A DNA stretch of 64,000 nt from Synechococcales cyanobacterium VAR_4_metabat_354. GTDB lineage: Bacteria > Cyanobacteriota > Cyanobacteriia > Cyanobacteriales > Chamaesiphonaceae. Below are positions 10,505 to 20,523 of this stretch, one piece after another. Below the pieces are notes generated by a model. That model searched no databases. It had not been told where the DNA came from and was given only the letters and a program-made list of their open reading frames with translations. Location: NCBI GenBank assembly GCA_031414775.1, contig JANOQI010000041.1:64001-128000 (forward strand), in the 5' to 3' direction. Positions within the stretch are counted from its first letter, which is position 1. The number at the start of each line of letters is the position of its first letter. The position numbers and the translations under genes were made by a program.

Positions 10505-11311
10505 TTAGTACTGATCAGGAAATTGGATGGGCTGTTCCCCATTGGTAGGTGGTGATGGCTCAATTGGCTCATACTCTACGTAGGCACTAGACTTGGCGGC
10601 TGGCTCATCAGCAGAATCTTCGATACTGGAGCGCCGCCGATTTTTGGTTGGTGCTGTTGCTTCGTCATTATTATTAGAGCGCCGACTCCGACGAGATCTG
10701 TCGGCTGGTGGACGTTCTGAGCTACTGGAGTCACTACGCCGACCATATTCACGCGGTGCTGATGTCTGATAATCAGAATATTCGTCTTGGCGACGGGGTA
10801 AGTCATCTACTTGATTGGCGCGTCGAAATTCGGGCAACATCCGTCCGTTATCGCGCACTGGCTGGTCAAAATCATCATCATAATTATTCCACTGCTCTTG
10901 TCGATCGCTATTTAATCGCCGCGATGAATTGCGCACTGGCGGGGCATACTCTGGTTCTTCGTCGATTTTGGCTGCATAGCCAGAGCGTCGTGCAACTGGC
11001 TCGCGGCCGCTACTGGCTCGTCCGCCCATGCTGCCACCACCTTTGAGCTTTTTATTTTCGGCCCTGACCTGGATGTATTGCCACATCAACGTTATGACAC
11101 TGCCAATCATCAACATTTGCTGAAAAGACATGCCAATACCCAAACTTAGGTCTGTCAGTAATAGCAGACCACAGACTATGCCGATCACCGCATAAATATT
11201 ATCTGATTCTTGGTGCAATTCGGGCTTTAATTTACTGGTGAGAAAAAGGCTCACTGATGCCACCACCAAAATCAGTCCAAATAACAAGGGAGCGGGAATG
11301 CCAAAATTCAC
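10505..11311 (-). CDS. ycf66: Ycf66 family protein
   Basis: Hydrophobic N-terminus (KPELHQESDNIY), R/D/E/S-rich tail ending YVEYEPI; downstream of psbX; GTG start. Confidence 0.85.
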   Translation of the reverse strand: MNFGIPAPLLFGLILVVASVSLFLTSKLKPELHQESDNIYAVIGIVCGLLLLTDLSLGIGMSFQQMLMIGSVITLMWQYIQVRAENKKLKGGGSMGGRASSGREPVARRSGYAAKIDEEPEYAPPVRNSSRRLNSDRQEQWNNYDDDFDQPVRDNGRMLPEFRRANQVDDLPRRQDEYSDYQTSAPREYGRRSDSSSSERPPADRSRRSRRSNNNDEATAPTKNRRRSSIEDSADEPAAKSSAYVEYEPIEPSPPTNGEQPIQFPDQY

Positions 11312-11530
11312 AGTTAGATCCTCAGATAGTTAGCTTCGTTCTCAGAGCAGCTTGATGGCACCACCAAGTAGAACATCTTATGGCAAGTTTACTGGACTAG
11401 ATATAATTACTTCTATTTTAACACTGCTAACAGCCTGCCATCTTGTGATTCAGTACTAGCCAACAGCAAAAAACCTTAGCGGGCAAGAAGATACCACCAC
11501 CAAGGTTGAAATCATATAATGATTTAGATA

Positions 11531-11650
11531 TTAAAACCGTTGAATTCTGTCTTTCTGGCTAATGAAAATTAGAGCGATGGTCGCAGGTACCACTATCACT
11601 AATCCGCCTACTAGCAAGCTGTAAAAGAAATTGGCTAAGGAGGGAGTCAT
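11531..11650 (-). CDS. psbX: Photosystem II protein X (not in the ORF track)
   Basis: Manual translation [39 protein letters not shown] (39 aa); sits between ycf66 and a YggT gene. Confidence 0.95.
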   Translation of the reverse strand: MTPSLANFFYSLLVGGLVIVVPATIALIFISQKDRIQRF

Positions 11651-11778
11651 AATATTATCCTTAATATTCAGCAAAAATAGTTTTTCTTAATTCTAGCCAC
11701 TTACCGGGTTTCAGGCAATAGCTCCATTGTATATTGTCGCATCTATAATAGGAATTATTCAAGATCCTGCAATAATTT

Positions 11779-12072
11779 ATGATCGACCCTAGTAGTATTC
11801 TTCGCTTGGCCTTGGGCATCACTTTAGGCTTGTTTATCCTGCTCTTTATTGTCCGTATTGTCCTAACTTGGTATCCCCAAGTCGAAACTAGCAAGTTTCC
11901 GTTTAATTTAGCCGTTGCTCCCACTGAGCTAGCACTAGTGATTACTCGCAAGTTCATACCGCCGATCGGAGGAGTCGATATTACCCCAATTGTGTGGGTG
12001 GCGATTGTTGCATTTGTGCGGGAAGTACTGCTCGGTCAGCAGGGTCTAATTACCATGATGAGCCGCCACTAA
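11779..12072 (+). CDS. YggT family membrane protein (CCB3-like)
   Basis: RIVLTWYP, PTE, PPIGGVDITPIVW. Confidence 0.9.
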   Translation: MIDPSSILRLALGITLGLFILLFIVRIVLTWYPQVETSKFPFNLAVAPTELALVITRKFIPPIGGVDITPIVWVAIVAFVREVLLGQQGLITMMSRH

Positions 12073-12074
12073 AA

Positions 12075-12100
12075 AAGACGGGGTATGCATACCCCGTCTT
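12075..12100. terminator. Palindromic hairpin between convergent YggT and desA genes
   Basis: AAGACGGGGTATGCATACCCCGTCTT is a perfect 26-nt palindrome preceded by an A-run. Confidence 0.8.
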
Positions 12101-12129
12101 CGATAATTAAATAGCTTAATAGATAAGAA

Positions 12130-13209
12130 TTATCGATTAGCAGTTTTGAACTCACCAAAAGACATATAAATGTCCTCTGTATCGTACAAATGACATTCTT
12201 CAGTGATTTCTTTCATCAGCTCCCAATTAAAAGTTCTGGCCTGGAGATCATAATGACCCCACTTGTCTCTAATGATTTGAGTGGCTGCCCGTAGATTGTA
12301 AGAAGGAATAGCGGTGGAAATATGATGAGGCAAGTGTACGTTGATATCGTGACACAACACCTCCACCCATTGTGGATAGTCGCAATGAACAGTGCCAGTT
12401 AGCTGGGCGATCGCTTCGTTCCATTCGCCTTCTGGCGCAAAGGGGATGTTACGAGCAGTATGGTGTACTACCGTGAAAGTACTCATCCAGAAGTGATATA
12501 CCAACCAAGGAATCAACCAAAACTTAACTAAGCCCCACCAACCAGTGGTAATGGTTAAAACTGTCAAACCAATGCCACCGCCAATAATGACAAATAAAGT
12601 TGAAAAGCGCATTTGCTGACGCTCTTTGCCTGTGCAGCGAGTCCAGTCAAAGTTAACTAGTGCCCAGTGGAAGATAGAACCAGTCCACCACAGCTTGCCC
12701 CGAATGGAGTGATAGACAGCCTTCATCCCAATATTTAAGTCTTGGTAGACTTCTTGTTTCCAAGGTTGCCAGGCGTTGTCAATATCGAGCTTGTTAGTGT
12801 GCTTATGGTGTAGGTTGTGACCAATGCGCCAGCCGTGGAAAGGATAAATTAGAGGCAAAAAGGTTAAGTGACCAACTAAGTTGTTCACCCATTTTTTGTT
12901 GGAAAAAGACCGATGGCCACAGTCATGACCAAGCACAAAAAAACCGGTGAGAGCAGTACCGGTGAATATCCAAGCAAATGGTAATAGATAAAATGGTGCA
13001 TAGGCGAGAGCGACGTAACCCAACGCCACCATCACAATACTCAAAGCCACTTGATTCCAGGCTTTGCGACTATCTTTTAAAAATAATTCTCGAGGGAGAG
13101 TGTTCAGGATATCTCTTAATTTTAGATCGGCGGCTGCGATAGATTCTGTTGCCAGCGGAGCTATTGAGGGTTTAAGCGTGGCTTGAGGTTGATTGAGCGA
13201 TAGAGTCAT
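12130..13209 (-). CDS. desA: Delta-12 acyl-lipid desaturase
   Basis: His boxes GHDCGH, HNLHHKH, HLPHH; HFWMSTFT; CHDINVH. Confidence 0.92.
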   Translation of the reverse strand: MTLSLNQPQATLKPSIAPLATESIAAADLKLRDILNTLPRELFLKDSRKAWNQVALSIVMVALGYVALAYAPFYLLPFAWIFTGTALTGFFVLGHDCGHRSFSNKKWVNNLVGHLTFLPLIYPFHGWRIGHNLHHKHTNKLDIDNAWQPWKQEVYQDLNIGMKAVYHSIRGKLWWTGSIFHWALVNFDWTRCTGKERQQMRFSTLFVIIGGGIGLTVLTITTGWWGLVKFWLIPWLVYHFWMSTFTVVHHTARNIPFAPEGEWNEAIAQLTGTVHCDYPQWVEVLCHDINVHLPHHISTAIPSYNLRAATQIIRDKWGHYDLQARTFNWELMKEITEECHLYDTEDIYMSFGEFKTANR

Positions 13210-13377
13210 TGAATGTGTGGGTTCTCCAAATTTTTTAAATCGGGGATCAATGCTGATCGGGAAAGTAAAATACTGCTATCGCCGCAATTGATCGCAGCCA
13301 AAACATTAAGTTTCTTAACAAGTATCACTTATAACTTTATCAGAAGTGGCGGAAAAATGGCTGTAAATCTTTGCTGA

Positions 13378-13407
13378 AAAGGCGATCAGGTAATACTGAT
13401 CGCCTTT
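13378..13407. terminator. Intrinsic terminator downstream of the 59-aa ORF
   Basis: AAAGGCGATCAG-gtaata-CTGATCGCCTTT 12-bp stem. Confidence 0.75.
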
Positions 13408-13431
13408 ATTTTATGAGAAAGTCCATCTAGA

Positions 13432-13611
13432 CTAGTTGCTGGTCAAATTGTGGCGAGATTGAAGCTGCTCTAGCAAGTTTTCTATCTCAGATTGCAAATT
13501 CAAAAATCTAACTTGTTGATCAGTGGAGTATAAAGCTTTATTTAGGCGGCTGATTAAAGTTGGATCGGCATTTACCACTGGCTGCTCTAGGGTAGATATG
13601 TTATTCAGCAT
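13432..13611 (-). CDS. Small hypothetical protein, 59 aa (not in the ORF track)
   Basis: MLNNISTLEQPVVNADPTLISRLNKALYSTDQQVRFLNLQSEIENLLEQLQSRHNLTSN; ATG start, heptad-like C-terminus, own terminator. Confidence 0.7.
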   Translation of the reverse strand: MLNNISTLEQPVVNADPTLISRLNKALYSTDQQVRFLNLQSEIENLLEQLQSRHNLTSN

Positions 13612-13714
13612 ATTTCAAGTAATTATTTATATTTCTTAATCATATTCTATTGCGTGCTTTTAGAGATGAATTCCTGAGTAGTTTAGTCAGGAGCATCCTC
13701 TTTGCGGCGATATC

Positions 13715-15136
13715 CTAGCTGGGACGCTCTAGTTGGCGGTTTAGTTCCTGCTTGATGCGGTTCATGATTGAGTCTTCATCGATCGTGGCTAAAATCTCTT
13801 TCACTACGGTTTTGGGACTGTGTTCGCTCCAGCTAGCCCCGTTGGCCAGGTAAGTTTTGGCGACCTGACCAATGCTGTAAGTTGCGACTCCGGCCATGGT
13901 GGCCTGAGCGACGGCCACTGCTGTGTAGGGAGCGATCGATAGCCCGCCTGTCACCGGTGCCGCGATGCCCAGTAACCCTTTCAAGCCACTTAGCCCTAAG
14001 GTAACTAACACTTCGCCGGTAGCAATCCCGCCCATCCCTAACAGAATAGTCTGGAACAGCTTGGCTGCACCCTGTTTGGTCAGGGGCAAGTCGTAGATCT
14101 TGGATAGGTTCACGATCATGGCCACATCGATCGCTGCCCCAGCCAGTAGATCTAGAGCCGTGACTGGATTTAAGGCTACTGCTACGGCCTTGGCCATCAC
14201 CGCTTGCCAAATGCGATCGTTCGCAATTCGATCGCGACTGGTCATTTTGCAGCTAATCACTTTTTCTTGGAGCCGATTGGCCGAAATCATCGAGTTCAAG
14301 GCCACCAAGGATTTTCCTTCTTGGTATAAAACTTGCAGAATTTTAGATTTGAGTTCTGCAATTCGGGGCTGTCCCCGCTCGGTGACTACCTGTTGCTGAC
14401 CATCGGGCTGGGTAATCAACCTGTCGATCAGTGGGGCAGCTGCTACCATCACGACTTCCTCGGCGCTCAATAGCTCACGCACCCGCTCATTGCAGATTTT
14501 TTGATAGATGGCTTGTCGATCGATCTCCGAATATTGGTCAATTTTATTGAATACCAGCAGCATCGGTTTGCCTACTTCCCGGAGTTGCTGCAAGGCTGAT
14601 CGTTCAATTTCGGTGACATCCCCAGAGATCACAAACAAAATTAAATCGGCTTGTTGGGCAACTTCCCAGGCAATGTTGGCATGTTGGGTACCACTGACTT
14701 CATCGATGCCGGGAGTATCAAAGAATTCTACCTGTTCATTGACTACTGTCGGTAGATCTAGGCCCCATTCATCTTGCCATTCGGCGACTTGCCAGGTTAC
14801 CCAGTCAGCTTTGGTGGTCACGCCGTGAATGGCACCAGTCACAAAGGCATCTTGACCTAATAAGGCATTTAAAATCGAAGATTTACCGCGCCCGACCATG
14901 CCAAAGGCGGCAATTTGAATGGCATCGCGATCAAGTCGGCTCAGCCAGGTTTCTAGCTCCTCTAATTCCTCAGCTAGTTTAGCTCGCTCCCTGTGACTGA
15001 GGTCGTTGCGCTCTAACATGAGGCGTAAGCTCTGCTGCGCTCGATCGCGATTAATTTGGGCTTGCATGCCCGCGAAGCCTTCAAGAGTTTGATCTAAATC
15101 ATCCGGCAATTCATGTTCTGGAGACATAGGACACAA
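13715..15136 (-). CDS. Era-like GTPase with C-terminal DUF697/YcjF domain
   Basis: GMVGRGKSS, DTPG, NKID; C-terminal ALNPVTALD and hydrophobic helices. Confidence 0.85.
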   Translation of the reverse strand: MCPMSPEHELPDDLDQTLEGFAGMQAQINRDRAQQSLRLMLERNDLSHRERAKLAEELEELETWLSRLDRDAIQIAAFGMVGRGKSSILNALLGQDAFVTGAIHGVTTKADWVTWQVAEWQDEWGLDLPTVVNEQVEFFDTPGIDEVSGTQHANIAWEVAQQADLILFVISGDVTEIERSALQQLREVGKPMLLVFNKIDQYSEIDRQAIYQKICNERVRELLSAEEVVMVAAAPLIDRLITQPDGQQQVVTERGQPRIAELKSKILQVLYQEGKSLVALNSMISANRLQEKVISCKMTSRDRIANDRIWQAVMAKAVAVALNPVTALDLLAGAAIDVAMIVNLSKIYDLPLTKQGAAKLFQTILLGMGGIATGEVLVTLGLSGLKGLLGIAAPVTGGLSIAPYTAVAVAQATMAGVATYSIGQVAKTYLANGASWSEHSPKTVVKEILATIDEDSIMNRIKQELNRQLERPS

Positions 15137-15190
15137 CGAAATTGACAGTTAAAATTATGGTGCCACTTCAACTTTACTCATTAATTTACT

Positions 15191-15679
15191 ATGCCTGCTT
15201 GGATTAGCTCCGAAACGATAGATTGGACTCAAATTATCTTAAACAGCTATCGTAGATTGTTGGGCAAAGATTTAATCCTTGATCGATCAATTAGTCCTGG
15301 TGAGCAAGCCCATGCCCTCGATCGTGCCCCTCGGGTAGTAGTTTCCCACGGCACTGAAGCTGACCCGATCTTGAACTATGGCAACCACCTGGCTCTCAGC
15401 CTATGGGAAATGAGTTGGGTAGAACTAACCACCACCCCTTCGCGGTTAACCGCTGAGCCAGTCAATCGGGAAGTGCGGCAGCAAATGTTGCTGCAGGTGG
15501 AAAGTCAAGGCTTTATTGATAATTATCAAGGGGTCAGAATTTCCAAAAGTGGCCAAAGATTTATGATCAAGAAAACGATCATCTGGAATCTGGCTGATTT
15601 GACTGGTAATTATTGCGGCCAAGCCGCCACCTTTGACCAGTGGCAATATATTGACAGGCCGAACAAAAAGTCCCCCTGA
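15191..15679 (+). CDS. Stand-alone MEKHLA domain protein
   Basis: VVVSHGTEADPILNYGN, PSRLTAE, YQGVRISKSGQRF, GQAATF. Confidence 0.9.
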   Translation: MPAWISSETIDWTQIILNSYRRLLGKDLILDRSISPGEQAHALDRAPRVVVSHGTEADPILNYGNHLALSLWEMSWVELTTTPSRLTAEPVNREVRQQMLLQVESQGFIDNYQGVRISKSGQRFMIKKTIIWNLADLTGNYCGQAATFDQWQYIDRPNKKSP

Positions 15680-15727
15680 TGATTATCCTTAGACAGCAGG
15701 AAGACGGGAATGAGAACTATGATTTCA

Positions 15728-16612
15728 TTACCTTAAGCTTTCCCGTTCTTTAGGATTAATTAATTCACTCAGCCCCTCACCCAACAAAGAAAGGCCGGTA
15801 ACCATACCGGTGAGTGCCAATCCCGGAAAAAAAGTTGTCCACCAAATGCCAGTAGATAAAGCGGGCAGCGCCTCGCGCAGGTCGTGACCCCATTCTGGAA
15901 TTTCTTCGGGGAGACCCAAACCTAAGAAACCCAAACCACCCAGTACCAAAATCGAATCGGCTGCATTCAGAGTAAACAGTACCGGCACGCTTTGAATGAC
16001 ATTGGCCAGCAAATACTTACTCAAAACCCGAGGCGTGGAAGCACCTAATGCCTGAGCAGCTTCTACAAACATTTGGTTCTTGAGACTGGCCGTTTGGTTG
16101 CGTACCACCCGATAGTACTGGGGAATATAGGAAATACTGATGGCGATCGCCGCATTTAAAATGCCCCGTCCCACAATAAAGGACAGGGTGATGGAGAGTA
16201 GCAGTCCTGGCAGGGTGTAGATGGTATCCATCAAGAATAGCAGCGCTCGATCGAGGTTGCCGCCTAAGTAACCGCTGAGTAATCCCAAGGGCACCCCAAT
16301 CAATAAACTTAGCAAGGTAGCGGCAATGACTACCTGAAAAGCAGCTTGGGTTGCACTAAGCGTCCGCGAAAACACATCGTAGCCTTCTCGACTAGTCCCA
16401 AACCAATGTTGCCAAGAAGGCGGTTCATGGATGGGGTAGGTAATGGAGTCCTGTGGATCTAGCAATATCCCCATCTGGACGAAGAGGGGAGAAAATATGG
16501 CGATCGCCAGAAAAAGTATGGTCAAGACTAGCCCGGCCACTAACAACCGACTAGATAATTGGCGTCGCCGTAACACCTGACCGAAGAATGCAAGATTAGT
16601 TTTGACTGTCAT
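15728..16612 (-). CDS. Peptide/nickel ABC transporter permease (DppC/OppC-like)
   Basis: PPSWQHWFGT, FVEAAQALGAS (EAA loop), LGFLGLG, PEWG. Confidence 0.9.
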   Translation of the reverse strand: MTVKTNLAFFGQVLRRRQLSSRLLVAGLVLTILFLAIAIFSPLFVQMGILLDPQDSITYPIHEPPSWQHWFGTSREGYDVFSRTLSATQAAFQVVIAATLLSLLIGVPLGLLSGYLGGNLDRALLFLMDTIYTLPGLLLSITLSFIVGRGILNAAIAISISYIPQYYRVVRNQTASLKNQMFVEAAQALGASTPRVLSKYLLANVIQSVPVLFTLNAADSILVLGGLGFLGLGLPEEIPEWGHDLREALPALSTGIWWTTFFPGLALTGMVTGLSLLGEGLSELINPKERESLR

Positions 16613-16682
16613 TTAGTAATTGCCGTAATTGCGCCGCGAGCTAGCAAGATGTGCAGTAATTCTGACATATTTGTGCTTCCCT

Positions 16683-17483
16683 TCATAGCTTACAACTCGA
16701 ACCAAACAACATCTCCTCTGGCCGGTAAAGCATTTTGAGAGCATGAGGTCGTACGGAAATAGCCTGCGCAAACTTGAGGCAGCGCTGATCTGTCAGGGTA
16801 ATTATGCGGTCTTCACCTTGCGCCAACCACTGCTGAAAGTCTAACAAGCCAAAATGTTCTCGATCGCGCTGATGATAAAACTGTTCTAGTCGTCGCCACA
16901 GCTTCGGGAAAATTGGTGGTAATGTGGCTAACTGCGAGCAGACATTAAGGTCAAAACCCTGGTTCGATCGATCGGCTGGCCAAATGCCTAATTGCTGCTG
17001 GCGGGCCATCTGAGTCGCTGCCACTAATTCCTGACGGAGTTCGGGATAGAGCGTGTCATAAAACAGCGGATAAACCAGCCCGCGTAGTAATAAATGATAG
17101 TTGACACTCTGACGCAGTTCGGACTGACCGAGCCTAACCCAAGAGCCACTGGGTGCGGTCGGTTCTTGGGTGAAAGCAAAACACACTGGGCGGCCATTGG
17201 TGTCGCCATAGCCAGAGAGGATATAGCCTGGGAGACTATCTTGATTACCACCCAATAGTTGGAGGTTAGCCAACGTCGCATCACTAGAAAAAGGTCGCAG
17301 CGCCTTCTTTTCGAGGGCATCAATGCCTTCATAGCGTAGCTGAACTTCCCCATTGTCTTTAATATCAATCCGATTCTTGAGTTGCTTAAACAGCAGTGGC
17401 TGCTGAGCGCGAAACCTTACCGAATCGCCGTCAGGATTACCACTGCGGGGATTAAAAACACCTTGAATCAGCAGAAATGGCAT
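16683..17483 (-). CDS. Thermonuclease (SNase)-like protein
   Basis: PDGDSVRF, LRYEGIDALE, DTNGR, ARQQQLGIW; start set at MPFLLIQG. Confidence 0.75.
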   Translation of the reverse strand: MPFLLIQGVFNPRSGNPDGDSVRFRAQQPLLFKQLKNRIDIKDNGEVQLRYEGIDALEKKALRPFSSDATLANLQLLGGNQDSLPGYILSGYGDTNGRPVCFAFTQEPTAPSGSWVRLGQSELRQSVNYHLLLRGLVYPLFYDTLYPELRQELVAATQMARQQQLGIWPADRSNQGFDLNVCSQLATLPPIFPKLWRRLEQFYHQRDREHFGLLDFQQWLAQGEDRIITLTDQRCLKFAQAISVRPHALKMLYRPEEMLFGSSCKL

Positions 17484-17595
17484 GAGGGTATTAAAAACAG
17501 TTGTGCAGATCCAGAAAGTAGCACAAGGGGTGACCAAAAATTTGAATAAATCTAGAACAATGGAAGTAGATTTTCACAGAGAACCGAGATCAATT

Positions 17596-18366
17596 ATGTA
17601 CATTAACCTGGCGATCGGCAACGTCCTTCTTCTCCTCTTAGCTGCGATTATTTTTGGGGTACTCAATTTTTTCAAAATCTCCGCTGGTAATCTTCTCGAT
17701 TGGGTGCTGGGAATCGCCATCTTAGAATGGCTAATAGTAATTGTGACGGTACCCTGGAATGTCTATTTTGCGGCCAAGCAGGCGAGTGAAACAGCGATCG
17801 ATTCTCAGCAAAAAGGTATCTCGATCGAACAACGTCAACTGCGCTACATCCAAATGGTGAGCCAGCGGTCTTTAATCGTCGCTATTGTGCTGCACTTGTT
17901 ATCGGCGGCAGGACTTTACTGGATTGCCCAGGCTGGTTTGACTCCGTTGGGATATTTTGGTGCAGGAGCGGCACTGCTGCTAACGGTATTACGGCCAGCG
18001 ATTAGTACTTATGAATACTTAGCAGAACGTTTACGGTCAATACAGCAAGAGTTTTCCTATCCCCGTGCAGACATTAGTGAAGTGCGTGATCGAATATGGC
18101 AATTAGAAAGCGAGTTGAAATTTTTACAGGCCAAATTGGATGAAAATGACGCTGAATCTTGGTTAAGTGAACAAATGCAGCGCTGGCAAAGAAACCAGTT
18201 GGAGCTAGCTAGTTGGAGTGCTCAAATACAGGAACTACGGGCATCTAATAATATTGATCACGATCGATTGAGTCGCGAAGCCCAGCAAGCGATTTCTCAA
18301 CTGACTGTAGATGGTCAGTTTCTTGATCATGTGCGAGAAATAATCAGATTTTTCAAGACCGCTTAA
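17596..18366 (+). CDS. Hypothetical membrane protein with C-terminal coiled coil
   Basis: About 4 hydrophobic segments, then heptad-rich region ending FLDHVREIIRFFK; start set at MYINL. Confidence 0.75.
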   Translation: MYINLAIGNVLLLLLAAIIFGVLNFFKISAGNLLDWVLGIAILEWLIVIVTVPWNVYFAAKQASETAIDSQQKGISIEQRQLRYIQMVSQRSLIVAIVLHLLSAAGLYWIAQAGLTPLGYFGAGAALLLTVLRPAISTYEYLAERLRSIQQEFSYPRADISEVRDRIWQLESELKFLQAKLDENDAESWLSEQMQRWQRNQLELASWSAQIQELRASNNIDHDRLSREAQQAISQLTVDGQFLDHVREIIRFFKTA

Positions 18367-18491
18367 GGTGGCATGGCCTAATGCTCTGAGCCGTCAAATG
18401 GCTGAATTAGGCTAATTTAAACTAGTGCCTGTCATTTTGGCTGGTGAATTGGGAATACTCTCACTATCTATTGATTAGTGCCTTGCTTTTC

Positions 18492-19136
18492 ATGAATAAT
18501 TCCCAGCAATCTTTGTTCTTTTTGGCCATTGGAGAAGCAACCTACTCTGAAATAGATTGTCTCAATAATCTATTTCAATGTGTAGAAAGTCCGGTGGAGT
18601 ATTGGTCTCTAATGCAACCAGATCATCTGCGTCAAATTATTCGTAATGCCGAACAGCGATTATTGAAAATTTGCTTACAATGTATGACCGAAAAATTTGA
18701 CGGTTTGGCCAGCACCGATTCAGAATTTAGCTCATCGGAGTTGAAGCCTTCTTTTTATATGATGTCGAAAGTAAAACAATTTATTGACGGTGACATTGAT
18801 GTCATTGGTAAGGAAGTTGGCCAATATGAATATAGTTATCAATTGTTTATTAATTCCAGACAGAAGTACGAAAATTGTTTGATTCAATTAAATGTTAGTC
18901 AAACCAATCTAGCTAGCATAGCGGTCTCCCCAGCAACATCGGTGAATAGCGTGAACAGTTTTGCTTCGCTAAATTTAGCGCAGCAAGACTTTGAAAAACA
19001 GAATCAGCAGCTCCGTCGGCATTTTGCTGAAATCTTGCAAAAAACAGCTACATACTTAGATGGTATGCAAGAACGGACTTTTCAGGCGATCTCCAGGTAT
19101 ATCGATCAATTAGAATCTCATCAGTTTTGGGTTTAG
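18492..19136 (+). CDS. Hypothetical protein
   Basis: Long AT-rich ORF filling the gap; stop overlaps that of the convergent gene; no motif recognised. Confidence 0.65.
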   Translation: MNNSQQSLFFLAIGEATYSEIDCLNNLFQCVESPVEYWSLMQPDHLRQIIRNAEQRLLKICLQCMTEKFDGLASTDSEFSSSELKPSFYMMSKVKQFIDGDIDVIGKEVGQYEYSYQLFINSRQKYENCLIQLNVSQTNLASIAVSPATSVNSVNSFASLNLAQQDFEKQNQQLRRHFAEILQKTATYLDGMQERTFQAISRYIDQLESHQFWV

Positions 19137-20083
19137 TTCTTAACTTGAGCCACGATCGTCCGATGCCTAGGGCTGTTCGCGGTAATCGTCAGGGCGTGGA
19201 ACCCTGCCGCTTGCAATGTTCGATCGATCTCCAAACTAAAATATTGATCTAAATAGGGTTCAGTACTTTTGAGCAGGGTCAAAATATAGGGCGGCATTTG
19301 GCCATAAATCTCAGAAGCAGGATTCATATCCATAATTGCAATGTGGCCACCGGGTTTGAGCAAACGCCGTGCTTCCTGAAAAATTTGCAGCGTGGCCGCT
19401 TGCGGTAACTCATGACAAATCAGAAATAGCGAAACTAAATCGTAGCTGGCACTAGGTAAGCCCGTATTTTCGGCAGCAGCGTGTACCCAATTAATCTGGG
19501 GATGGCGAGCTGATCGATAATTGGCCACCGTTAAAAAGTAGGGCGACAGATCGACTCCCGTGATCTGAGCTTGGGGATAAACTGCTTGGAGGGCAAAAGT
19601 GCTCATCCCGACGCTACAGCCAATATCTACAGCCTGTTGAGGTGGTATGGGCAATTGCTCTTGCAAAATCTGGTGATAACTACGCCGCAGTTGGGCATCA
19701 CCCGCCCGGCCAGTTTCCGCAAAGATTTTGGCATGAACAGAATAGGCGGCTACTTCTACTTCCATCGCTGGTTTCCAGCCCATGTTGCCTTCGTCATAAG
19801 CATGGAAGGAAGTTAAATAATATTCTGGGTATTGAGTATCAGGATTTTGAATATCAGCTAGTTCGGCTTCCCATTGAGGTGCAAAATCTTTGCTGGTATC
19901 GCGGGCGCGCAGCTGCTTCACATCATTACGCCAAGCCACCCCGATCGCTTCAGCTCTTTTGATGATTAATCCGCGGGCTTGCTTTTTAGCTAAATTAGCT
20001 AGAGGTTTAACTGATAGCAAGCCATTTACCAGCTGTGTTGCAATGCGATTGCCGGTGCTATTGTTTTGGCTAAGAGTATTCAT
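19133..20083 (-). CDS. Class I SAM-dependent methyltransferase
   Basis: VDIGCSVGMST, GVDLSPY, HELP, LKPGG. Confidence 0.88.
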   Translation of the reverse strand: MNTLSQNNSTGNRIATQLVNGLLSVKPLANLAKKQARGLIIKRAEAIGVAWRNDVKQLRARDTSKDFAPQWEAELADIQNPDTQYPEYYLTSFHAYDEGNMGWKPAMEVEVAAYSVHAKIFAETGRAGDAQLRRSYHQILQEQLPIPPQQAVDIGCSVGMSTFALQAVYPQAQITGVDLSPYFLTVANYRSARHPQINWVHAAAENTGLPSASYDLVSLFLICHELPQAATLQIFQEARRLLKPGGHIAIMDMNPASEIYGQMPPYILTLLKSTEPYLDQYFSLEIDRTLQAAGFHALTITANSPRHRTIVAQVKN

Positions 20084-20310
20084 GGCAAATGTCGATCTAG
20101 GTGGCTCTAAGGGATTATACCAATAATTTTATTGATGAATTTGGAGATTTTCATATCCGGATGCTGGTCTAGATTGCGCACCGCAAGCAATTCCAGCAAC
20201 CACCAATCGGTCAGATTTTCAAGTGCTCAGAGGATGGCTGGTAATCGATCGATAATATTCAAAGGGCTTAAAACATTGATGAACAGATATATTGAGTGAA
20301 AAGTATCAAA

Positions 20311-20324
20311 GTATTCAGTAATAC
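20311..20324. promoter_or_regulatory. Possible NtcA-binding site
   Basis: GTA-TTCAGTAA-TAC (GTA-N8-TAC) in the divergent intergenic region; no clear -10 box at the canonical spacing. Confidence 0.3.
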
Positions 20325-20523
20325 AGTCTGTAATTGAACTAGCTACTGGAATTGAATAGCAATGTAAATACCGCATGTATAAATTGTAATAACTGCATTG
20401 AATCGACACTCATGTATCATCAACCACTTCTTTTCAAATAATTGTCATCTACAGTTGCGAGTGTGCGAATCCGAGATCAAGATTCGTCAAAATTTCATGG
20501 GCATTTACCACTAAGGAAACAGT

